From a virus (Duplodnaviria; Caudoviricetes), in the IMG/VR virus record IMGVR_UViG_3300046819_000361: a DNA stretch of 64,000 nt. One strand, 5' to 3'. The notes under the pieces were generated by a model. The model was not told where the DNA came from, did no database searches, and worked only from the letters and a program-made list of their open reading frames with translations. A program made the position numbers and the translations under genes. Positions 9,656 through 19,110 of this stretch are shown here, one piece after another; within the stretch, counting starts at the first letter, position 1; each line of letters opens with the position of its first letter.

Positions 9656-9903
9656 GACCAATTCAAAAGAAACCAAGTCATATATTTGTCATCTTCGAAC
9701 TCTAAATATTCGATATAATGTAACTTTTCATTACGGACTAACTTACAATGAAACTCTTTACTAAATTTCTCATCATATTTTTCAAGGTATTCTCCCCAAC
9801 TTATAATTCCAGAAGTCCTCTGCATCGATAACATGACAGTACTAGCATTGGAATCAAACCATTTTATAGCTTTGTATGCTCTAGGTGTTGGTAATTGAAT
9901 CAC
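9652..9903 (-). CDS. Array micro-protein
   Basis: GTGA overlap; ends WFLLNWS. Confidence 0.8.
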   Translation of the reverse strand: MIQLPTPRAYKAIKWFDSNASTVMLSMQRTSGIISWGEYLEKYDEKFSKEFHCKLVRNEKLHYIEYLEFEDDKYMTWFLLNWS

Positions 9904-10088
9904 GCTGACCACCTTAACGTATACCACATTGCATCTTCCTCTCGTCCAAAATAAAATTTTCGTTCAACATGATTATAGAACCATCTTCGGTTCATTTCTG
10001 GTTTTCCGAATTGTTCACAACACCAGTTGAAATCATCGAAATTATCTATAGTGGTGTGACAAACCCACCATCCATGAAAATATTTCAT
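9900..10088 (-). CDS. Array micro-protein, D
   Basis: ends WYTLRWSA. Confidence 0.8.
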   Translation of the reverse strand: MKYFHGWWVCHTTIDNFDDFNWCCEQFGKPEMNRRWFYNHVERKFYFGREEDAMWYTLRWSA

Positions 10089-10090
10089 AA

Positions 10091-10294
10091 TTATCCACTA
10101 TACTTTAATGCAAACCAAGTAAATTCCACTTCATCCATTTCCCAATATGACTCTGTATCAGGTATTTTACTAATGAAATTGCAACTTTTAAATCCTAACT
10201 TCCTGATAAACTCATCAATTGCCATCCATTCATATTCTGGATATACTGATAACGCTTTGTCATATAGGTCCATTTCATAAATCTTGACTTTCAT
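10091..10294 (-). CDS. Array micro-protein, A
   Basis: ends WFALKYSG. Confidence 0.8.
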   Translation of the reverse strand: MKVKIYEMDLYDKALSVYPEYEWMAIDEFIRKLGFKSCNFISKIPDTESYWEMDEVEFTWFALKYSG

Positions 10295-10533
10295 AAAAAC
10301 CTCATTAAGAACCAATTATAGCATGCTACGTTTTCAAATATTATTTTGTCAAATCGGTTGTATTTATGTGCTGGATTTTCATGAAATTCATAAGCTTTGC
10401 ATTCCGAAAACAGCTTTGCCATATTCTTGTGATATTCATCAAGATTCAAATCACTATTAAGAGCACCACATTCTACAAGAAAGTTTTCTCGTGCCGGATC
10501 AGGAATATCATCCCACAATATAGTAACAGTCAT
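10291..10533 (-). CDS. Array micro-protein, C
   Basis: ends WFLMRFL. Confidence 0.8.
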   Translation of the reverse strand: MTVTILWDDIPDPARENFLVECGALNSDLNLDEYHKNMAKLFSECKAYEFHENPAHKYNRFDKIIFENVACYNWFLMRFL

Positions 10534-10772
10534 GAAAACCTCATTACAAACCAAGTGTAATAAGCTTCATTTTCAAATACGACTCTATCAAATTCTATCT
10601 CTCTGAGTGATTCATCATCATATAATTCATAGGCTTTAAATTGGGCAAATGCATCTTCCATATTATCAAGATATTCGTCAGCAGATATAGAATCATCCAT
10701 AGACCCACACTCTCTTGTAAAATTTTCACATACTTGGTCAGATATATCGGACCATTTAACAATAAAACTCAT
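10530..10772 (-). CDS. Array micro-protein, C
   Basis: ends WFVMRFS. Confidence 0.8.
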   Translation of the reverse strand: MSFIVKWSDISDQVCENFTRECGSMDDSISADEYLDNMEDAFAQFKAYELYDDESLREIEFDRVVFENEAYYTWFVMRFS

Positions 10773-11176
10773 GAACTCCACCTCATTACAAACCAATTAC
10801 GATCAGCTTCTGTTTTAAAAACAAAATGACTATTGCCACAATACCATCTGGTATTATCTATAAACTTCCAACCATGAGAATATGGACCAAATGTTTCTGT
10901 CAACCACGCTATCATTTCTTTCATCTCTGATGGTAAGAAATATCCAACCATATATTTAAAATCATGCTGATTGCTTTCTACAGTTTCACATATCATACCG
11001 GTTTCCCATACATCGTCTGATTCTTCTAAATTTAATGGATTACCTGGATGTGTACAATAACTACAAGGTGGGTGCCAATGACAAGAGCAACTTCGATTCC
11101 TATATAATGAATCAAAATCCTCTTGTAATGATAACCCAACTGCATTTAATCTTCTAGATAATTGGTTTATGACCAT
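10769..11176 (-). CDS. Array protein, D, with Cys/His-rich N-terminal extension
   Basis: CSCHWHPPCSYC; ends WFVMRWSS. Confidence 0.75.
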   Translation of the reverse strand: MVINQLSRRLNAVGLSLQEDFDSLYRNRSCSCHWHPPCSYCTHPGNPLNLEESDDVWETGMICETVESNQHDFKYMVGYFLPSEMKEMIAWLTETFGPYSHGWKFIDNTRWYCGNSHFVFKTEADRNWFVMRWSS

Positions 11177-11430
11177 TTTAATAAAAACCAAGTTTGAGTT
11201 TCTTCTTTATTGAACTCTAATGCTGTTAGTTCGTCTCTTCCAGTTTTTGGATTTTGCTCATAAATTTTAACAGCACCGTATTCAGATTGCAAAATATTTG
11301 AAGTGTATATCATAAAATTAACAGTTAAATCACCATGTGTTTTCACAAAGATTTTTTCATGATGGTCGATAAAGTTTTGCCACCATAATGGGGTTTCATA
11401 AAAATTTTCACCTGGAATTTCTAATCTCAT
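11167..11430 (-). CDS. Array micro-protein, E
   Basis: ends WFLLKWS. Confidence 0.8.
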   Translation of the reverse strand: MRLEIPGENFYETPLWWQNFIDHHEKIFVKTHGDLTVNFMIYTSNILQSEYGAVKIYEQNPKTGRDELTALEFNKEETQTWFLLKWS

Positions 11431-11645
11431 TGGCTCCACCTTAATAAAAACCAAGTATAACACGCTTCATTGTTAAAGTAAATAGTACGGTATATCCTGC
11501 CTGAACCGCCATACTTATTGAATTCTGCTTCAACATTCTCAACATATTTTACCGCAGTAACACTTAAGTCAACACTGCCACACTCATAACACAATTTTTC
11601 TATGACATTATCGGGTATGTCACACCACTTTACTATGAAGACCAT
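11427..11645 (-). CDS. Array micro-protein, C
   Basis: ends WFLLRWSQ. Confidence 0.8.
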   Translation of the reverse strand: MVFIVKWCDIPDNVIEKLCYECGSVDLSVTAVKYVENVEAEFNKYGGSGRIYRTIYFNNEACYTWFLLRWSQ

Positions 11646-11911
11646 TTTAACACAAACCAATCACGATGTTCAATTTTTGCAAATCTAAACCGATAGTTAT
11701 GGTCAACTGGATTAACCAGTTTACGTTGAATCAACAACAATTTATTTGCAACATCTAAATTGTCTGTCAATAACTCCATGTTCCATGATCGATCACCAGC
11801 ATGCCCAAATGATTTAGTACACCATCTAGTGCATTCTATAAATTCTTCATCAGTGCATAAAACATTAATGAAGTGATATAATGGATTTGATTTTGCTTTT
11901 GTTAAGACCAT
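11633..11911 (-). CDS. Array micro-protein, D
   Basis: ends WFVLKWSS. Confidence 0.8.
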   Translation of the reverse strand: MVLTKAKSNPLYHFINVLCTDEEFIECTRWCTKSFGHAGDRSWNMELLTDNLDVANKLLLIQRKLVNPVDHNYRFRFAKIEHRDWFVLKWSS

Positions 11912-12132
11912 TTTAATATAAACCAGGTAAAATCTTCTTCTCGTTCAAAAATTGCATACTTTACCTTAAAATGCGTGATTGACTTATACTCACCAACAAC
12001 TCTGAATTTACAAAGTTTTTCTAGAAAGTCAATTTGTAAATTAACATCGGAGTATTCCTCGATTAATACCTTATGTTCGGCAAGAACGTTGTGTAGTTGA
12101 ACACCAATTTCTTTACTTGTTACAAGTTTCAT
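11902..12132 (-). CDS. Array micro-protein
   Basis: ends WFILKWS. Confidence 0.8.
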   Translation of the reverse strand: MKLVTSKEIGVQLHNVLAEHKVLIEEYSDVNLQIDFLEKLCKFRVVGEYKSITHFKVKYAIFEREEDFTWFILKWS

Positions 12133-12353
12133 GACCACCTCAATTTGAACCAATTATATAGTTCAGGTTTTAAATAATATGCCGTTTTGTGATATGGTGG
12201 ATTCATACCATGCCATAATTCTTTGGGTTGTTGTCTAATCCAATTGTGTAATTCGTCGGACTCCAGTAATAATGGGTTTGATGATAATTCAAAACAATAT
12301 ACAAAACCATTATTGATGAATAGCTCATATGCACCATTTCTAGGTAAACTCAT
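12129..12353 (-). CDS. Array micro-protein
   Basis: ends WFKLRWS. Confidence 0.8.
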   Translation of the reverse strand: MSLPRNGAYELFINNGFVYCFELSSNPLLLESDELHNWIRQQPKELWHGMNPPYHKTAYYLKPELYNWFKLRWS

Positions 12354-12550
12354 GACCACCTTATTATAAACCAATTCTTATGAGCGTCGGTTTCAAATGT
12401 AATTATGGTTTCACACGACTCAGATGTAAACCGACATGAGACTATCCCAGTTTCCAGCAATGCAGAACTCATCCAGCGATTGGTCCCATAAAATGCTGAT
12501 ATATTATCTTCCATTTTTGAAAACAATGGTATTTTTAATATATTATTCAA
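12350..12550 (-). CDS. Array micro-protein, B
   Basis: ends WFIIRWS. Confidence 0.8.
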   Translation of the reverse strand: MNNILKIPLFSKMEDNISAFYGTNRWMSSALLETGIVSCRFTSESCETIITFETDAHKNWFIIRWS

Positions 12551-12799
12551 TTATGACCACCTCATTATAAACCAAGTAGCTTTTGCATCATCATGGAATT
12601 CAACTCCCAGTATACCGTCATACTCATCATCTATAAGAATAGCACCAACCTTTGCAAATTCAACTTTAATTAACTGTTCACGTTCTTCATCTTCGTAGTA
12701 GTGAAATGCATCTGGAAATCTATCATCGATATCGTTTATGAAATTCTGCCACCATGAGGGTTGTGTTAAAAACCCGCCGTCTACCAAATGTAATATCAT
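12551..12799 (-). CDS. Array micro-protein, E
   Basis: ends WFIMRWS. Confidence 0.8.
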   Translation of the reverse strand: MILHLVDGGFLTQPSWWQNFINDIDDRFPDAFHYYEDEEREQLIKVEFAKVGAILIDDEYDGILGVEFHDDAKATWFIMRWS

Positions 12800-13017
12800 A
12801 TGTTTAATAGAAACCAAGTTATACGATGTGCTTCACCGGAAACAGTGCCATGGTCTCGACTATTCGTGTAATCTTCTTCATAATCTAATTTATACTCCTG
12901 CATAATCGATTCCTTCCAATAACATATCCGATCACTTCTAACGAGCGACCTGCCAGCTTTTGCGTCAAACTTGCTATCAAGATCTTTCCAATTATCGTGT
13001 GTTAATTTGTATTTCAT
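12796..13017 (-). CDS. Array micro-protein
   Basis: ends WFLLNI. Confidence 0.8.
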   Translation of the reverse strand: MKYKLTHDNWKDLDSKFDAKAGRSLVRSDRICYWKESIMQEYKLDYEEDYTNSRDHGTVSGEAHRITWFLLNI

Positions 13018-13226
13018 ACATTTAATAAAAACCAAGTTAGAAGATGTTCATGTTCAAATGTGATGGTTCCAAAACCTTTTAGTTGATCATAATTTCCATG
13101 ATAGGTATCTTTGATATATTGTTTCATTTCTCGTGATGAACGCATATTCACAATACTAGAATCGGACTCATCACGATAGAATGCTAATTTGTTCCATTGT
13201 TTATGTGTTATATTAATTGATATCAT
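13014..13226 (-). CDS. Array micro-protein
   Basis: ends WFLLNV. Confidence 0.8.
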   Translation of the reverse strand: MISINITHKQWNKLAFYRDESDSSIVNMRSSREMKQYIKDTYHGNYDQLKGFGTITFEHEHLLTWFLLNV

Positions 13227-13465
13227 GTCCATCTCAATAAAAACCAATTACGATCATCAATAGATTTGAAATATACCCTTATGTAGTTTTCACCAACATA
13301 CATTACCCCTGCCCATTTATCCCCATCGGGACCAAACTGTTCTAGGCACCAATTATCAATTTCTATTTTGGTAAAGGTTATCTCATAAGTATCGCCAAAC
13401 ACTTCTAAACATACACCATATGGGTGATCGAGATCAGCCCTACTATCAAATGTCTTAAATTTCAT
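13223..13465 (-). CDS. Array micro-protein, D
   Basis: ends WFLLRWT. Confidence 0.8.
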   Translation of the reverse strand: MKFKTFDSRADLDHPYGVCLEVFGDTYEITFTKIEIDNWCLEQFGPDGDKWAGVMYVGENYIRVYFKSIDDRNWFLLRWT

Positions 13466-13689
13466 GCCCATTGTAATTTGAACTACGTTGCATGTTCTTC
13501 TTTTTCAAAAAAGAAATATATTATATATCTATTACCGGTCCACGTATATCTAGTCATCCAACGATACTTTAACGTAATTGGGCATCGACGGCTACCAAAC
13601 GTTTTGTGACACCATTCTTTTGCCAATAGTACCTTACAGTTTTCATCAGGCCATTCTGGATCAAATGGGATGGTTACTTTATACATTAC
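13462..13689 (-). pseudogene. Array cassette D with TGG>TAG at the conserved Trp
   Basis: ...EEHAT*FKLQWA*. Confidence 0.7.
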
Positions 13690-13910
13690 GAATACCTCAA
13701 TACAAACCAATTATAATGGGCTGCACTTTCAAATTCGTATACCAGCTTGTCATGGCAATTCTTAAACCGTTTACCCTTGAACTTCGCTAATTCTTTATTA
13801 ATTGTTTCGTTAATGTGATTTACACCACTCTGGTGATAATTATCACAATCTATAAGGAAATTCGTTTTAACAATTTGTGGTATGTTTTCAAAATAAATTT
13901 CAAAAGTCAT
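13686..13910 (-). CDS. Array micro-protein, C
   Basis: ends WFVLRYS. Confidence 0.8.
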   Translation of the reverse strand: MTFEIYFENIPQIVKTNFLIDCDNYHQSGVNHINETINKELAKFKGKRFKNCHDKLVYEFESAAHYNWFVLRYS

Positions 13911-14134
13911 GACCACCTCACTACAAACCAATTATAATGGGCTTCACTTTCAAATTCGTATACCAGTTCACCTAGACCATTACTAACCCGGTTACCTTTA
14001 CACTTCGCTAATTCATGATTTCGTCTTGTGTCGAAATCATACTTGGATACAAAATCATCATATTTACCACATGCTGTTAGAAAATTCTCTCTAGTTATGT
14101 CTGGTATGTTTTTAAACTTAACTTCAAAAGTCAT
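13907..14134 (-). CDS. Array micro-protein, C
   Basis: ends WFVVRWS. Confidence 0.8.
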   Translation of the reverse strand: MTFEVKFKNIPDITRENFLTACGKYDDFVSKYDFDTRRNHELAKCKGNRVSNGLGELVYEFESEAHYNWFVVRWS

Positions 14135-14337
14135 GACCACCTCAATACAAACCAATTATAATGGGCTTCTGATTCAAACGCAAGTTCATTTGTTATGTTA
14201 TTATAGGTTGCTTTGAATTTTTCTAGTTCTTGACGAACGTTAACCCAATATCTTGTGCCGTTTTCATTCTTGTTACAATGGTCGTTAAACCGTCTATAGT
14301 TAATGGGTAAATTGTGCTCACTTATTACAAACGTCAT
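14131..14337 (-). CDS. Array micro-protein, C
   Basis: ends WFVLRWS. Confidence 0.8.
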   Translation of the reverse strand: MTFVISEHNLPINYRRFNDHCNKNENGTRYWVNVRQELEKFKATYNNITNELAFESEAHYNWFVLRWS

Positions 14338-14591
14338 GACCACCTCAATAAAAACCACTGGTAGACATCTTCACGTAAATCGAACCCACTGAACAGGTCT
14401 ACCATTCTTCTATTGGCAGAGTAACGCCAACTACCCATAGGTAGTTCAACTATCCAATCGTCCACTTCATGTTTCATAGTAATTACAGTATACCATATAC
14501 CATCTACGTCGGTAATCTTTCTGGTGGTTTTGTAGGGTACCCCAAATGGATTATAGGGTGCGTAATAAAACAACCCATCAGTTTCTGTCAT
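14334..14591 (-). CDS. Array micro-protein
   Basis: ends WFLLRWS. Confidence 0.8.
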   Translation of the reverse strand: MTETDGLFYYAPYNPFGVPYKTTRKITDVDGIWYTVITMKHEVDDWIVELPMGSWRYSANRRMVDLFSGFDLREDVYQWFLLRWS

Positions 14592-14829
14592 AGCCCCACC
14601 TCATTATAAACCAATTACGATCTGATTCTTTTTCAAAATAAAACGTATTATTAAATCTAGTAGGGTCCCAGAAAAATCGAGCTGGCCTTGTAAAAAACCA
14701 CCATGACTTAACGCAACTATTATGGTCAACACACCAATTGTATTGTTCTAACAAGTCATTAGACATGGGTAGGGATGCAATATAATAACGTGCTTTAAGA
14801 CCCTCTAATCTACCTTCCGCAGGGATCAT
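14578..14829 (-). CDS. Array micro-protein, D
   Basis: ends WFIMRWGYDRN. Confidence 0.8.
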   Translation of the reverse strand: MIPAEGRLEGLKARYYIASLPMSNDLLEQYNWCVDHNSCVKSWWFFTRPARFFWDPTRFNNTFYFEKESDRNWFIMRWGYDRN

Positions 14830-15044
14830 TAACTATACCTCATTAAGAACCAATTATAATGGGCAAGACTTTCAAATTCAAGAACATAATCAAACGTAGT
14901 CCTGTATATAATACCATGGCATTCTTCAATTACATCTCGCCAACTTGCCGTATCATACCCTAATTTGTTTCTTATTGAGTTTGGTACATTAGACGCAGTG
15001 ATACGATAGGGTTTAAGTATTAACTTATCTTCGTTGTTTGACAT
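14829..15044 (-). CDS. Array micro-protein, C
   Basis: ends WFLMRYS. Confidence 0.8.
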   Translation of the reverse strand: MSNNEDKLILKPYRITASNVPNSIRNKLGYDTASWRDVIEECHGIIYRTTFDYVLEFESLAHYNWFLMRYS

Positions 15045-15265
15045 TCGAACCTCAAGCAAAACCAGTTATAATCTTGATCATTTAAAAATGATAATCTAAT
15101 TCGGGCTGGGTGTCTTTTGATACCACTACCGGTATAAATGTACATGGTCCATCGATAGTTGTCTGATGGGGTGTACGAGTATCCACCTGGACCAAATTGT
15201 TTTCCACACCATGCACCAACATCGAATGGGCTATTGTTTTTAAGAGTTACATCACAAACGATCAT
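15020..15265 (-). CDS. Array micro-protein, D
   Basis: WFCLRF + short extension. Confidence 0.8.
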   Translation of the reverse strand: MIVCDVTLKNNSPFDVGAWCGKQFGPGGYSYTPSDNYRWTMYIYTGSGIKRHPARIRLSFLNDQDYNWFCLRFECQTTKIS

Positions 15266-15504
15266 CCCCACCTCATCATAAACCAATTACGGTCAACTTC
15301 TTTTTCAAAATACCAGGTTGAATAATAATAACTGTAAACATATCGTGCATCACGTTCAAAAAACCAAAAGAATTTGACCTTACTTTTATGATTATCGCAC
15401 CATTCCTCTTTGGCATCAATAAATGAATTCCAGCCAATATCTTCTTTGATTTGTGCGGTGTAAAACTTTATTTTAACCTCGGTCGTGAAAAATACTTTTT
15501 TCAT
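15262..15504 (-). CDS. Array micro-protein, D
   Basis: ends WFMMRWG. Confidence 0.8.
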   Translation of the reverse strand: MKKVFFTTEVKIKFYTAQIKEDIGWNSFIDAKEEWCDNHKSKVKFFWFFERDARYVYSYYYSTWYFEKEVDRNWFMMRWG

Positions 15505-15707
15505 CCCCACCTCATCATAAACCAATTACGATCTTGTTCTGTCATAAACAGAATCCTAGAATTTTCGAACAACAATTCACTAGCAGCAATAATCCATTTA
15601 TCTTCCTCAAAGGTCTCTTTACACCAATCAAGGTAGTCCTCTATATACTGCTCATCATTTTCCTCTATTTCTACAACATAAATGTCGATATCAGTGTATG
15701 ATTTCAT
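15501..15707 (-). CDS. Array micro-protein, D
   Basis: ends WFMMRWG. Confidence 0.8.
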   Translation of the reverse strand: MKSYTDIDIYVVEIEENDEQYIEDYLDWCKETFEEDKWIIAASELLFENSRILFMTEQDRNWFMMRWG

Positions 15708-15892
15708 TATGCCCACCTCAACACAAACCAGGTGTATTCTGCATCAGTGATCTCTATCTGAAAGGTATCATCAATCCAAGCAATTTGTTTAATACCGGTA
15801 TCTCGTAAACATTCATCCCAGGTATTAAATTGCCATTTCTCCGAATAATAATCGGTGAACTTTTCAAAATCTAATATGTTGATTATTCTCAT
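15707..15892 (-). CDS. Array micro-protein, A
   Basis: ends WFVLRWA. Confidence 0.8.
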   Translation of the reverse strand: MRIINILDFEKFTDYYSEKWQFNTWDECLRDTGIKQIAWIDDTFQIEITDAEYTWFVLRWA

Positions 15893-16146
15893 GACCACCT
15901 CAATAAGAACCAATTGGCTTTAGCTTCATTTTCGAAAGTCATACCAATGATTGATCCTGGAACGTTCGAGCTTCTTAAAATTGGTTCAGCACCTGCCTTG
16001 CGGACTTCATTTATGATGAAATCAACCCGTTCGGAATCTCGGGAATAAGTATCCCAACCACCTCGTTCATCACAATCCTTTATGAAATTAACCCACCAAC
16101 CAGCTTGATCTGCTATAGAACCAACTCTTAAATGTAGTATTTTCAT
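15889..16146 (-). CDS. Array micro-protein, E
   Basis: ends WFLLRWS. Confidence 0.8.
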   Translation of the reverse strand: MKILHLRVGSIADQAGWWVNFIKDCDERGGWDTYSRDSERVDFIINEVRKAGAEPILRSSNVPGSIIGMTFENEAKANWFLLRWS

Positions 16147-16370
16147 GACCACCTCAATACAAACCAATTCTTATCATCTTCATGTCTAAAAAAATACTTA
16201 CCCCAATGATCGGTAAACCATCTATCAAGATCATTACTACGATCAAAGTTTGACAAACACCATTCACAAATTTCGGCATTCATGATACTAGAAATATGAA
16301 CGACATGGTAATAGAATACCTCGCCGTTTGCTTCAAATCTAGTTTGAGTAATATGATTGATTAAGCCCAT
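16143..16370 (-). CDS. Array micro-protein, D
   Basis: ends WFVLRWS. Confidence 0.8.
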   Translation of the reverse strand: MGLINHITQTRFEANGEVFYYHVVHISSIMNAEICEWCLSNFDRSNDLDRWFTDHWGKYFFRHEDDKNWFVLRWS

Positions 16371-16588
16371 TTTAATAGAAACCAAGTAGCTTTTGCATCA
16401 TCATTAAAAATAACAGTTTTGTCAATCGGATCAACCATTGCATCATATTCTTTTAGTATTTGGTTGATTGAATCAAAGCCATACCATGGTTCTATTATAT
16501 CTGAGTAATAATCAACAAAATTAAACCACCATGGTTCACATGCATTTAGATGATTATAATTTTCTTTACTGAAATGAATTATGACCAT
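16361..16588 (-). CDS. Array micro-protein, E
   Basis: ends WFLLKWA. Confidence 0.8.
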   Translation of the reverse strand: MVIIHFSKENYNHLNACEPWWFNFVDYYSDIIEPWYGFDSINQILKEYDAMVDPIDKTVIFNDDAKATWFLLKWA

Positions 16589-16836
16589 TTCATTATAAAC
16601 CAATTCTTATGGGCTTCGCTTTCGAATTTTAAATATCGACGACAAACATTTCCATTTTCACTGTATGCATGGGTATATTCAGCATGATATTTTTTTAATA
16701 ACTCATTTAATCTGGTTATTGCATCAGCTACTGGTAATTCGTAAATATCGGTAGACTCAATTTTAATCTGACTGAATTTACGCCAAACTGCTGGACAATC
16801 TTCTAAAAAAGATGTTAATTCTATTTCTGTATTCAT
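16579..16836 (-). CDS. Array micro-protein, E
   Basis: ends WFIMKWS. Confidence 0.8.
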   Translation of the reverse strand: MNTEIELTSFLEDCPAVWRKFSQIKIESTDIYELPVADAITRLNELLKKYHAEYTHAYSENGNVCRRYLKFESEAHKNWFIMKWS

Positions 16837-17036
16837 GAAAATCTTAATAAAAACCAAGTGTAATATTTTTCGGATTCGAACTCGTAATACAACAAGTGAT
16901 CACGCATAACTCTTTTAAATCGATACTTGCTCATCAATTCTTCATAACCCTCAACTGTCTCAGCAAGTTTGTATTCTTTGATGTAATTATACCTAACACG
17001 ATATGGTATGTCAAAGAATCTTACCGAATACGTCAT
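16833..17036 (-). CDS. Array micro-protein, C
   Basis: ends WFLLRFS. Confidence 0.8.
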   Translation of the reverse strand: MTYSVRFFDIPYRVRYNYIKEYKLAETVEGYEELMSKYRFKRVMRDHLLYYEFESEKYYTWFLLRFS

Positions 17037-17227
17037 GACCATTTTAAAACGAACCACGTGTAATCTTCATCTGACATACGTATATAAGTACCGAAATAAT
17101 TATCGTCAGGATCAGCTCTTGCACTTTTATATCCATTAGCTCTAACACTTTCTTCCCAGGTATCATATTCATCATTTTGACACTCTTTTTTATATTTTGG
17201 GAAATTAGTTATCTTAATCGTTTTCAT
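17033..17227 (-). CDS. Array micro-protein, A
   Basis: ends WFVLKWS. Confidence 0.8.
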   Translation of the reverse strand: MKTIKITNFPKYKKECQNDEYDTWEESVRANGYKSARADPDDNYFGTYIRMSDEDYTWFVLKWS

Positions 17228-17427
17228 GACCACCTCAATACAAACCAATTCTTATGTGCTTCATTTTTAAATGTAATACGTGTATAGGTAGTGTTCCATT
17301 CCGCCTCTATAACATGTGGTAATGATTTTATATATTGTATCCACGGTATCCACGAATCTAAACGATCCCATTCCTTGGAGAGATTATCATCCATGGCTGA
17401 GAAAGTGAATACTTTTAAATGTATCAT
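17224..17427 (-). CDS. Array micro-protein, B
   Basis: ends WFVLRWS. Confidence 0.8.
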   Translation of the reverse strand: MIHLKVFTFSAMDDNLSKEWDRLDSWIPWIQYIKSLPHVIEAEWNTTYTRITFKNEAHKNWFVLRWS

Positions 17428-17642
17428 GACCACCTAATTAGAAACCAAGTTAAATGTTCTTCACTTTCAAATGTTATGGTAATTGACTCATAATCTTCAT
17501 TTGCTTTTGTATTGACGATTATAGGATCAAGTGTGCGAATAAAATCTTCATAATTTAAATAATATTCCCACCAATTCTTATCCCACATCTCCGTTAATTT
17601 TTTATCGAGTTGACAACCATCATATAAAATAAACTCAATCAT
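17424..17642 (-). CDS. Array micro-protein, B
   Basis: ends WFLIRWS. Confidence 0.8.
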   Translation of the reverse strand: MIEFILYDGCQLDKKLTEMWDKNWWEYYLNYEDFIRTLDPIIVNTKANEDYESITITFESEEHLTWFLIRWS

Positions 17643-17866
17643 GACCACCTCAAAATAAACCAGGTGTATTGGTATTCGTGTTCAAATGATAGCCAACGTT
17701 CATCTGCAGAATTTTGCTTATCAGTAGTATACGAGAATGTAGCACCATATTCTTTAAGCCCTTCATTAATTGCAGCTGTATCAGAGTGAAGAATATTTGT
17801 TTCCATTACATAATTCATCCACCAACTAGGGCAAACTCCATTTGTTCTAAATAGTAATATCTTCAT
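17639..17866 (-). CDS. Array micro-protein, E
   Basis: ends WFILRWS. Confidence 0.8.
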   Translation of the reverse strand: MKILLFRTNGVCPSWWMNYVMETNILHSDTAAINEGLKEYGATFSYTTDKQNSADERWLSFEHEYQYTWFILRWS

Positions 17867-18081
17867 GACCACCTCAAAATAAACCAGTTCTTATGTGCTT
17901 CACTTTCAAATGTAATAAGTGTATAGGGATTCAGCAACCTATCAATCCATTCTGCATCCTTAACATAAGTTAATGATTTCAAATAACGTAACCATTCATC
18001 TATATTAATATCTTCTGCTTCCCATTCTGCTTCAAGATTTTCATCTATATTAGATGGTGAAGGTATCCTTAATTGTATCAT
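17863..18081 (-). CDS. Array micro-protein, B
   Basis: ends WFILRWS. Confidence 0.8.
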   Translation of the reverse strand: MIQLRIPSPSNIDENLEAEWEAEDINIDEWLRYLKSLTYVKDAEWIDRLLNPYTLITFESEAHKNWFILRWS

Positions 18082-18275
18082 GACCACCTCAATACAAACC
18101 AAGTGTAGTAAGCTTCGCTTTCAAAAATGGCTAGATAATCACTGGTATATTCACAATGAAACTTTACCAATTCTGCTCTAAAAACACTGAGATCTGTATA
18201 GGGACGAACATATTTGTCACAAAAGTTTTTTCGAGGGGTGAGCGGTATATCTGCCCAATCAATAGTAAAACTCAT
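18078..18275 (-). CDS. Array micro-protein, C
   Basis: ends WFVLRWS. Confidence 0.8.
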   Translation of the reverse strand: MSFTIDWADIPLTPRKNFCDKYVRPYTDLSVFRAELVKFHCEYTSDYLAIFESEAYYTWFVLRWS

Positions 18276-18454
18276 GACCACCTCAATACAAACCAAGTGT
18301 ATTCTTCATCATCCATATACCAAGAACCATAAGATCTAAACTTGGTTGATTTATACCCGGCAGCTATTAGACTATCAGACATTAGCAACGAATTGGGAAA
18401 GTTTTCTCCAGCATAACTCACAAATTTAGGAAAATCTGTCACATCAAATATCAT
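18272..18454 (-). CDS. Array micro-protein, A
   Basis: ends WFVLRWS. Confidence 0.8.
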   Translation of the reverse strand: MIFDVTDFPKFVSYAGENFPNSLLMSDSLIAAGYKSTKFRSYGSWYMDDEEYTWFVLRWS

Positions 18455-18455
18455 T

Positions 18456-18650
18456 CTAACTCCATCTCAACAAAAACCAATTATAATGTGCTTCGCTTTC
18501 AAAAATGGCTAGATTATCACTGGTATATTCACAATGAAACTTTGCTAATTCTGCTTTAAAAATATTCATATTAATAGGAACAGGATATGCAGCACAAAAT
18601 TTCCGTCGAACATCGTATGGTATAGATGGCCATTCAATAGTAAAACTCAT
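18456..18650 (-). CDS. Array micro-protein, C
   Basis: ends WFLLRWS. Confidence 0.8.
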   Translation of the reverse strand: MSFTIEWPSIPYDVRRKFCAAYPVPINMNIFKAELAKFHCEYTSDNLAIFESEAHYNWFLLRWS

Positions 18651-18868
18651 GACCACCTCAATACAAACCAATTATAACAGGATTCGTTTTCAAAAACAAA
18701 CAAATCATTGTTAGATTTATCGTGTATTGCATTAAATTTGGCAAGTTCAACTGCTTCGTTTCGTATACACATCTCATAATCGAGTTGTTTATGTTCCCAC
18801 AAGCAAAAATCTTCAAAATTTTTTTTTACATTTTTAGGTAACATCTTATAATGAATTGTAAAACTCAT
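18647..18868 (-). CDS. Array micro-protein, C
   Basis: ends WFVLRWS. Confidence 0.8.
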   Translation of the reverse strand: MSFTIHYKMLPKNVKKNFEDFCLWEHKQLDYEMCIRNEAVELAKFNAIHDKSNNDLFVFENESCYNWFVLRWS

Positions 18869-19110
18869 GACCACCTCAACACAAACCAAGTCTTATATTC
18901 TTCTTTGTCAAATGCCAAGGCTTCTATATCATTAATACGTCTATCATAAATCTTTGATGCATGATACTCTTCTTTAAGAATTTTAGTAGTTACCCGCCGA
19001 AAATCACTTCCAAAATCATTTGGGTATTTTAATCGGCAATCATGGATAAAGTTTTGCCACCAGATTGGGGTAGATTCGAACATACATCCTGGTATTTCTA
19101 ATCGATGCAT
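18865..19110 (-). CDS. Array micro-protein, E
   Basis: ends WFVLRWS; close paralog of 11167. Confidence 0.8.
   Translation of the reverse strand: MHRLEIPGCMFESTPIWWQNFIHDCRLKYPNDFGSDFRRVTTKILKEEYHASKIYDRRINDIEALAFDKEEYKTWFVLRWS

Noticed and set aside
14550-14591. DGLFYYAPYNP resembling the T4 gp23 capsid C-terminal motif
   Set aside because: Too short to distinguish from chance without a search
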